Shown here one piece after another: positions 35,468 to 44,651 of a stretch of 44,651 bases of DNA (position 1 is the first letter of the stretch; every line of letters starts with the position of its first letter). The translations under genes and the position numbers were made by a program. Origin of the DNA: Octopus sinensis (lineage: Eukaryota); assembly GCF_006345805.1 (NCBI RefSeq), contig NW_021834862.1, positions 1-44,651 of the forward strand. The letters are read 5' to 3'. Below the pieces are notes generated by a model, which saw only the letters and a program-made list of their open reading frames with translations, was not told where the DNA came from and made no database searches.

Positions 35468-35716
35468 GTGAGTATAAAATAATAGTTCCCAATTGATTTC
35501 TGTAAGGTTTTCTTCCCCCGAGTATATTGTGCTTGAAAGAATAACTGAAAACCGCTTCCATTCCTATTTTCCAATTGAACAATTATCTGTATAATAATTG
35601 TATTAAAGATATCGATTTACTGTGAGTTTATGAAATACCCATTGAGGTTAATGCTGTTGGTAATAATGTTCAAATTAGAAGACACAATAGAGTTAATTTT
35701 GTCATTTGGACAGAAC

Positions 35717-35750
<34 letters not shown>

Positions 35751-36892
35751 TTAACATCCTTTTTTTATCGTGGCATGGGTCGGACGATTTCACTGGCAAG
35801 GCAGTAGGCTGCGCCAGGCTCAATGTGATCTGGCAAGGTTCCACATATGTATGCCATTCCTAATGCCAACCACTCCGAGAGTGTGGTGGGTGCCTTTTAC
35901 GTGCCACCGACACAGGAGCCAGCCGGGGTGGGGGCTGGCATCGACCACGTTCGGATGGTGCTTTTTACGTGCCAGCGGCACAGGGAACTAGTCAGGCGGC
36001 AGTGACAAGGACCTATGCTTCTATGGTACTTATAACGTGCCACAGGAACAGGTGCCAGTCAGGCGGCACTGGCATCGGTCACAACTACAATTTCCATTTT
36101 GATTTCGATCTTGAATTGCTTTTGATTTGTCATTTCTGTTATTGCATGGTGGACTATGATGAAAACGAGGGGTTTAGGAATGATCCCTAGTGAACTCCTA
36201 CTTCTATCCGGAATTCTTCACTATACTCATTGCCAATCCTCACCTTACTACAGGGCCTCTTCAACTCTTATAATCGCTCGTCAATCCCTAGTTTCCGCAT
36301 TAGCTGTAAAAAGGATTCTATTAAATATTCCACTGAAATTTCATAAAATCAAGGTTAACGTGGTTGGTAAAATGGATGAATAAGAAGACATAATAGAGTT
36401 AATGATGTCTTTTAGGACAGAGAACTAAAATAGTTTGTTGTTTATTTGTAAACAGGTGAGTTACCGAGAAAGATTTTGTTTCTTTTGCTACTAAGGTATT
36501 TCCTAAGTTTTCTGATAGGTTATTGTTGTTGTTATGTAGCCAGATGTCTGTCAGGATATGTTGTTTAGGTACGTACCCTAAATGTCTCATGTCAGAATAA
36601 CTTTGTTATAAATTAAAGAAATTAAAAATCAAATCTCTAAGATTGTAAGTATAATGATCATTAACGTTGATTAAATATTAAATTTAGTATTGAACGGTGA
36701 ACATGTTTACATTCAAACAAAATATTGGTGTTGACATAAAATATAAAGAGAGGAATTAAATATGAGTTCCCTGTGTGACTTGATCTCACAAATCCTTGTT
36801 TGTAATTATATATAGTATACACTTATTACATTGTTTGAACAACATTTACCATCCATATAGTCATTCTTTTTCTCACAAATGTTAGATTTTAG

Positions 36893-36927
36893 ATGATATT
36901 AAAGCTAAAAGAGGCACAGTTTTCTGA
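36893..36927 (+). CDS. Candidate terminal exon Y3 ((D)DIKAKRGTVF*)
   Basis: Same acceptor context and TGA as Y0. Confidence 0.42.
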
Positions 36928-37835
36928 GTGTTTCACCCTTTGGTCTTGATTGTTGCGTTCAAATTATTTAATGAAAGATAGTCATTGTTATTTGACCAGG
37001 AAATGAATTAATCATTAGTATTTGGCAGTGGACTTGGTTATATCTTTCTTCGTTTGCTCATGGAACTACCATAATATTAGCTGTGCTGAGACACAATCAT
37101 ATTCATTGTAATGAAGGTTATATGTTCTTTACTCAGATTATATACAATCTATATTGATATCTAGTATTGCACCGTCAAGCACAGTGCCATTGTATCACAT
37201 ATATACCCAATTATCATGATAATTAATAAGCTATAATTCATTAACTCTCTTACATTGTATGTATGAAATGTAAATTTTTTGTCATAGGGACATCGTGTAC
37301 CCTCACCTAACATTTATATCTTGTTAGGGATCATGTTGTGGAGATGATTTTTAGGGGACAGATTGTGTGTGGGATGGAGCGTATGCACATAAAGGACATC
37401 TTTATGACCTCAGTTTTACTTAATTAAAGAAGAATGTTGATTAGTGAATTCTAGAGATGAGAGGACTGTGCCATGCCATAGATTTGGCACAGTTATAAGA
37501 AAAGAAAGACAAAGCTAAGAGAAAACTCTTACCAAGTGTTAATTAAATGAGATAATTGGTACGTTGTTAGAATATTTTATGTGTTTCTAGAGAGAGAGAG
37601 AGAGAGAGAAGTAAGGGTGGATTTAGAAATGTTAGTCTGTTTTATTGTGGACATATTGGGCTATTACATGGGACCCCTGTAGAAAGTACGGAAATATTGA
37701 CCAAAACCATAATGGTCAACATTTGACCAGTAACAACAGAAATTGAATGTCTCACAATAACAAGATAGAGTTTAATAAAAATAAAGATAAAGAAAGTTTC
37801 TTTTTAAATGTAAAACTTGGAAATATTTATTTCAG

Positions 37836-37913
37836 GGGCTCCAAAGTTTGAGGACAGGTGTGTACAAACAGAGGCTACATGTCAGGAATTAGGGGCTGCA
37901 TCTCAGGCAATTG
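37836..37913 (+). CDS. Repeated exon X4 (APKFEDRCVQTEATCQELGAASQAI)
   Basis: Intact AG and GTGAGT, 78 nt, open frame. Confidence 0.68.
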
Positions 37914-39333
37914 GTGAGTATAAAATAATAGTTCCCAATTGATTTCTGTAAGGTTTTCTTCCCCCGAGTATATTGTGCTTGAAAGAATAACTGAAAACAG
38001 CTTCCATTCCTATTTTCCAATTGAACAATTATCTGTATAATAATTGTATTAAAGATATCGATTTACTGTGAGTTTATGAAATACCCATTGAGGTTAATGC
38101 TGTTGGTAATAATGTTTAAATTAGAAGACACAATAGAGTTAATTTTGTCATTTGGTCACAGAACTCATCATCATCATCATCATCATCATTTAACATCCGT
38201 TTCTTATCGTGGCATGGGTCGGACGATTTCACTGGCAAGGCAGTCGGCTGCGCCAGGCTCCAATGTGATCTGGCAAGGTTTCCACATATGTATGCCATTC
38301 CTAATGCCAACCACCTCGAGAGTGTGGTGGGTGCCTTTTACGAGCCACCGGCACAGGAGTCAGTCGGGGTGGGGGCTGGCATCGACCACATTTGGGTGGT
38401 GCTTTTTACGTGCCAGCGGCACAGGGAACCAGTCAGGCGGCAGTGACAAGGACCTATGCTTCTATGGTACTTATAACGTGACACAGGAACAGGTGCCAGT
38501 CAGGCGGCACTGGCATCGGTCACAACTACAATTTCCATTTTGATTTCGATCTTGAATTGCTTTTGATTTGTCATTTCTCTATTGCCTGGTGGACTATGAT
38601 GAAAACGAGGGGTTTAGGAATGATCCTATTGAACTCCTACTTCTATCCGGAAATCTTCACTATACTCATTGCCGATCCTCACCTTACTACAGGGCCTCTT
38701 CAACTCTTATAATCGCTCGTCAATCCCTAGTTTCCGCATTAGCTGTAAAAAGGATTCTATTAAATATTCCACTGAAATTTCATAAAATCAAGGTTAACGT
38801 GGTTGGTAAAATGGATAAATAAGAATACATAATAGAGTTAATGATGTCTTTTAGGACAGAGAACTAAAACATTTTGTTGTTTATTTGTAAACAGGTGAGT
38901 TAACGAGAAAGTTTTTGTTTCTTTTACTACTAAGGTCTTTCCAAAGTTTTCTGATAGGTTATTGTTGTTGTTATTGTTATGTAGCCAGATGTCTGTCAGG
39001 ATATGTTGTTTAGGTACGTACCCTGAATGTCTCAGGTCAGAATAACTTTGTTATAAATTAAATAAATTAAAAATCAAATCTCTAAGATTGTAAGTATAAT
39101 GATCATTAACGTTGATTAAATATTAAATTTACTATTGAACGGTGAACATGTTTACATTTAAGCAAAATATTGGTGTTGACATAAAATATAAAGAAAAGAA
39201 TTAAATATGAGTCCCCTGTGTGACTTGAACTCACAAATCCTTGTTTGTAACTATATATAATATACACTTATTACATTGTTTGAACAACATTTACCATCCA
39301 TATAGTCTTCTTTTCACTCTTCTTAGATTTTAG

Positions 39334-39368
39334 ATGATATTAATGCTAAAAGAGGCACAGTTTTCTGA
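39334..39368 (+). CDS. Candidate terminal exon Y4 ((D)DINAKRGTVF*)
   Basis: Same acceptor context and TGA as Y0. Confidence 0.42.
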
Positions 39369-40290
39369 GTGTTTAACCCTTTGGTCTTGATTGTTGCGTT
39401 CAAATTATTTAATGAAAGATAGTCATTGTTATTTGACCAGGAAATGAATTAATCATTATTATTTGGCAGTGGACTTGGTTATATCTTTCTTCGTTTGCTC
39501 ATGGAACTACCATAATATTAGCTGTGCTGAGACACAATCATATTCATAGTAATGAAGGTTATATGTTCTTTACTCAGATTATATACAATCTATATTGATA
39601 TCAAGTATTGCACCGTCAAGCACAGTGCCATTGTATCACATATATACCCAATTATCTCGATAACTAATAAGCTATAATTCATTAACTCTCTTACATTTGT
39701 ATGTATGAAATGTAAATTTATTTTGTCATAGGGACATCGTGTACCCTCACCTAACATCTTATATCTTGTTAGGGATCATGTTGTGGAGATGATTTTTAGG
39801 GGACAGATTGTGTGTGGGATGGAGCGTATGCACGTAAAGGACATCTTTATGACCTCAGTTTTACTTAATTAGAGAAGAATGTTGATTAGTGAATTCTAGA
39901 GATGAGAGGACTGTGCCATGCCATAGATTTGGCACAGTTATAAGAAAAGAAAGACAAAGCTAAGAGGAAACTCTTATCAAGTGTTAATTAAATGAGATAA
40001 TTGCAACATTGTTAGAATATTTAATGTGTTTTTAAAGAGAGAGTGAGAGAGAGAGAGAGACAGAAGTGAGGGTGGATTTAGAAATGTTAGTCTCTTTTCT
40101 TGTGGACATATTGGGCTATTACATGGGACCACTGTAGAAAGTACAGAAATATTGACCAAAACCATAATGGTCAACATTTGACCATTAACGACAGAAATTG
40201 AATGTCTCACAATAACAAGATAGAGTTTAATAAAAATAAAGATAAAGAAAGTTTCTTTTTAAATGTAAAACTTGGAAATATTTATTTCAG

Positions 40291-40368
40291 GGGCTCCAAA
40301 GTGTGAGGACAGGTGTGTACAAACAGAGGCTACATGTCAGGAATTAGGGGCTGCATCTCAGGCAATAG
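40291..40368 (+). CDS. Repeated exon X5 (APKCEDRCVQTEATCQELGAASQAI)
   Basis: Intact AG and GTGAGT, 78 nt, open frame. Confidence 0.68.
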
Positions 40369-40619
40369 GTGAGTATAAAATAATAGTTCCCAATTGATTT
40401 CTGTAAGGTTTTCTTCCCCCGAGTATATTGTGCTTGAAAGAATAACTGAAAACAGCTTCCATTCCTATTTTCCAATTGAACAATTATCTGTATAATAATT
40501 GAATTAAAGATATCGATTTACTAAGATTTTTTGAAATACCCATTGAGGTTAATGCTGTTGGTAATAATGTTCAAATTAGAAGACACAATAGACTTAATTT
40601 TGTCATTTGGTCATGGAAC

Positions 40620-40620
<1 letters not shown>

Positions 40621-40656
<36 letters not shown>

Positions 40657-41460
40657 TTAACATCCGTTTCTTATGGCGGCATGGGTCGGACGATTTCACT
40701 GGCAAGGCAGTAGGCTGCGTCAGGCTGCAATGTGATCTGGCAAGGTTTCCACATATGTATGCCATTCCTAACGCCAACCACTCCGAGAGTGTGGTGGGTG
40801 CTTTTTACGTGCCACCGACACAGGAGCCAGTTGAAGTTGGGGCTGGCATCGACCACGTTCGGAAGGTGCTTTTTACGTGCCACCTGCACAGGGAACCAGT
40901 CAGGCGGCACTGGCAACAAACAATGTTTGAATGGTACTTATTATGTGCCATCGGCACGGGTGCCAGCCAGGCGGCACTGACATCGGCCATCATTACAATT
41001 TGCATTTTGATTTCGATCTTGATTGATTTTGATTTGTGATTTGGTTTTTTGTTTTACTTGACTCAGAAATTCTTCTAGCGCAACTTATCACTCTGTGATT
41101 CAAGGGTACTTTTAAAAAGGGCTGGTTATGCAACACTGGTATAGGCTACAGCTGTGATCTCACTTCACTTGCCGGGTCCTCTTAATCACGTCATTTACAG
41201 AGGTCCCTGTCTCTTGCCATTACCTCTGTGAGGCCCAACATTCGAAGGTCGTTTCACCACGTCATCCCCTGTCTTCCTGGGTCACTCCTTTCCACGGGTT
41301 CGTTCCACTGTTAGGGTGTAACACTTCTTCCCACAATTCTCCTCATCCATACCCATAACCATACCAGTGCAGTTGTCTCTCTTGTACACCACATCTGATG
41401 CTTCTTATGTCTAACACTTCTCTCCGGCCTCTTCACTCTGCCTTGTGTGCACACCGACAT
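40621..41460 (-). mobile_element. Longer RTE-type LINE 3' fragment, second B unit
   Basis: Near-identical to 33062-33905 with the same junction. Confidence 0.75.
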
Positions 41461-41708
41461 CGTTGCATTCAAATTATTTAATAGAATATAGTCATTGTTA
41501 TTTGACCAGGAAATGAATAATCATTAGTATTTGGCAGTGGACTTGGTATATCTTTCTTCGTTGCTCATGGAACTACCATAATATTAGCTGTGCTGAGACA
41601 CAATCATATTCATAGTAATGAAGGTTATATGTTCTTTACTCAGATTATATACAATCTATATTGATATCTAGTATTGCACCGTCAAGCACAGTGCCATTCT
41701 ATCACATA

Positions 41709-42273
41709 CACTTGCGTCGGAAATTAATTAGCACTTCTCAAATTTCTACATTTTCTTACATTTTCTTAATTTAATTAACTTATTATCAGAAACGAACTTG
41801 TTTTTAATCAAAAATTTATTAAAACATATCCCAGCACACCACATAATTGATATTAATCGTGAAATTTAGTCAATATCTTGTTGCTCCTCCTTTGGCAGCA
41901 ATGACAGCTGCTACGCGGGTCGGCATGCTGTCTATGAGTGCCTGCAGGTACTGTGCAGGGATGGCCCCTCATGCAGCAAGAAGTGCCCCAAACAGCTCGT
42001 GTCGGTTCCTGTATTGCTGCACATTCAAATCCCTACCCAATCGACTCCAGAGGTTTTCAATAGGGTTCAGGTCAGGTGACTGGCCAGCACGTACTCCTCG
42101 CCACCAAAGAGGTATCCCGTACTATCTCAAAGTACTTTGCTGCGTTGATGTTGCCTTGACGGATAGAGCCGCCCAACACAACTGTAGCTGAACGCCCCTC
42201 ACACCATCAGACCACCCCCACCATGCTTCATGGTGAGCAAATCAAGGGTGCTAATTAATTTCTGACGGTAGTG
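41709..42273 (-). mobile_element. Second copy of the Tc1 deletion derivative
   Basis: Same insertion site, TIRs and internal TGA as 34156-34725. Confidence 0.92.
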
Positions 42274-42929
42274 TATATACCCAATTATCATGATAATTAA
42301 TAAGCTATAATTCATTAACTCTCTTACATTTGTATGTCTGAAATGTAAACTTATTTTGCCATAGGAACATCGTGTACCCTCACCTTACATTTTATATCTT
42401 GTTAGGGATCATGTTGGGGAAGGGTGTATGGAATTTGGCTTGTGGAGATGATTTTTAGGGGACAGATTGTGTGCGGGGTGGAGGGTATGCACATAAAGGA
42501 CATGTCTTTATGGGCTCAGTTTCACTTAATTAGAGAGGAATGTTGATTAGTGAATTCTAGAGATGAGAGGACTGTGCCATGCCATAGATTTGGCAGTTAT
42601 AAGAAAAGAAAGACAATGCTAAGAGAAAACTGTCAAGTGTTAATTAAATGAGATAATTGCAACATTGTTAGAATATTTAATGTGTTCTTAGAGAGAGAGA
42701 GAGGGAGAGGGTGGATTTAGGAATGTTAGTCTGTTTTATTGTGGACATATTGAGCTATTACATGGGACCACTGTAGAAAGTACAGAAATATTGACCAAAA
42801 CCATAATGGTCAACATTTGACCATTAACGACAGGAATTGAATGTCTCACAATAACAAGATAGAGTTTAATAAAAATAAAGATAAAGAAAGTTTCTTTTTA
42901 AATGTAAAACTTGGAAATATTTATTTCAG

Positions 42930-43007
42930 GGGCTCCAAAGTTTGAAGACAGGTGTGTACAAACAGAGGCTACATGTCAGGAATTAGGGGCTGCATCTCAG
43001 GCAATTG
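42930..43007 (+). CDS. Repeated exon X6 (APKFEDRCVQTEATCQELGAASQAI)
   Basis: Intact AG and GTGAGT, 78 nt, open frame. Confidence 0.68.
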
Positions 43008-43257
43008 GTGAGTATAAAATAATAGTTCCCAATTGATTTCTGTAAGGTTTTCTTCCCCCGAGTATATTGTGCTTGAAAGAATAACTGAAAACAGCTTCCA
43101 TTCCTATTTTCCAATTGAACGATTATCTGTATAATAATTGAATTAAAGATATCGATTTACTGAGAGTTTATGAAATACCCATTGAGGTTAATGCTGTTGG
43201 TAATAATGTTCAAATTAGAAGACACAATAGAGTTAATTTTGTCATTGGTCACAGAAC

Positions 43258-43291
<34 letters not shown>

Positions 43292-44435
43292 AATCATTAA
43301 CCGTTTCTTATGGCGGCATGGGTCGGACGATTTCACTGGCAAGGCAGTAGGCTGCGCCAGGCTCCAATGTGACTGGCAAGGTTTCCACATATGTATGCCA
43401 TTCCTAATGCCAACCACTCCGAGAGTGTGGTGGGTGCTTTTTACGTGCCACCGACACAGGAGCCAGTCGGGGGGGGGCTGGCATCGACCACGTTCGGATG
43501 GTGCTTTTTACGTGCCAGCGGCACAGGGAACTAGTCAGGCGGCAGTGACAAGGACCTATGCTTCTATGGTACTTATAACGTGACACAGGAACAGGTGCCA
43601 GTCAGGCGGCACTGGCATCGGTCACAACTACAATTTCATTTTGATTTCGATCTTGAATTGCTTTTGATTTGTCATTTCTCTTATTGCCTGGTGGACTATG
43701 ATGAAAACGAGGGGTTTAGGAATGATCCCTAGTGAACTCCTACTTCTATCCGGAATTCTTCACTATACTCATTGCCGATCCTCACCTTACTACAGGGTCT
43801 TCAACTCTTATAATCGCTCGTCAATCCCTAGTTTCCGCATTAGCTGTAAAAAGGATTCTATTAAATATTCCACTGAAATTTCATAAAATCAAGGTTAACG
43901 TGGTTGGTAAAATGGTTAAATAAGAAGACATAATAGAGTTAATGATGTCTTTTAGGACAGAGAACTAAAACATTTTGTTGTTTATTTGTAAACAGGTGAG
44001 TTAACGAGAAAGATTTTGTTTCTTTTACTACTAAGGTCTTTCCTAAGTTTTCTCATAGGTTATTGTTGTTGTTGTTATGTAGCCAGATGTCTGTCATGAT
44101 ATGTTGTTTAGGTACGTACCCTGAATGTCTCAGGTCAGAATAACTTTGTTATAAATTAAAGAAATTAAAAATCAAATCTCTAAGATTATAAGTATAATGA
44201 TCATCAACGTTGATTAAATATCAAATTTAGTATTGAACGGTGAACATCTGTTTGCATTTAAACAAAATATTGGTGTTGACATAAATTATAAAGATAGGAA
44301 TTAAATATGAGTTCCCTGTGTGACTTGATCTCACAAATCCTTGTTTGTAATATATATATATACACTTATTACATTGTTTGAACAACATTTACCATCCATA
44401 TAGTCATTCTTTTTCTCACTCTTGTTAGATTTTAG

Positions 44436-44470
44436 ATGATATTAATGCTAAAAGAGGCACAGTTTTCTGA
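44436..44470 (+). CDS. Candidate terminal exon Y6 ((D)DINAKRGTVF*)
   Basis: Same acceptor context and TGA as Y0. Confidence 0.42.
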
Positions 44471-44651
44471 GTGTTCACCCTTTGGTCTTGATTCTTGCGT
44501 TCAAATTATTTAATGGAAGTTAGTCATTGTATTTGACCAGGAAATGAATTAGTCATTAGTATTTGGCAGTGGACTTGGTTATATCTTTCTTCGTTTGCTC
44601 ATGGAACTACCATAATATTAGCTGTGCTGAGACACATTCATATTCATAGTA

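Larger units (their letters stand above)
28340..44651 (+). repeat. Tandem array with ~2.45-2.66 kb unit (one diverged shorter unit plus six similar units), running off the window end
   Basis: Landmark exon starts at 30253, 32732, 35390, 37836, 40291 and 42930. A diverged homologue starts at 28516. Confidence 0.95.

Noticed and set aside
28340-44651. Array as CRISPR-like or centromeric satellite
   Set aside because: Units are ~2.5 kb with no short repeat/unique spacer pattern, the context is eukaryotic, and the units contain splice-competent exons and TE relics.

Overview
Eukaryotic genomic DNA. The repeat landscape (tRNA-like SINEs with internal microsatellites, RTE tails ending in (GAT)n, Tx1 LINE) suggests an octopus/coleoid cephalopod; this is inference from recognised repeat types, not a search result. 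The window holds the 3' part of one spliced + strand gene encoding ankyrin repeats followed by a C3HC4 RING (Mind bomb-like architecture). Seven exons chain in consistent phase from 938 to 27436, and the 5' end lies upstream of the window. The 14.7-kb fourth intron holds four co-oriented Tx1/L1-group LINE copies (one about 6.05 kb and full length), each embedded in (TATC)n. From about 28.3 kb to the window end is a tandem array with a roughly 2.5-kb unit. It carries six intact, phase-symmetric 78-nt exon candidates, each encoding a 26-aa peptide with an LC8/DYNLL-type DRCVQTE motif, plus five copies of a short stop-containing terminal exon candidate. Also seen: a complete type I hammerhead ribozyme fold (26827-26877, minus strand), a degenerate second one (2915-2966, plus strand), a Penelope-like inverted-repeat fragment, Tc1, mariner, CR1 and RTE relics, and very long microsatellites that explain most ORF-track entries. 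Exon use and ribozyme activity are predictions from sequence only.
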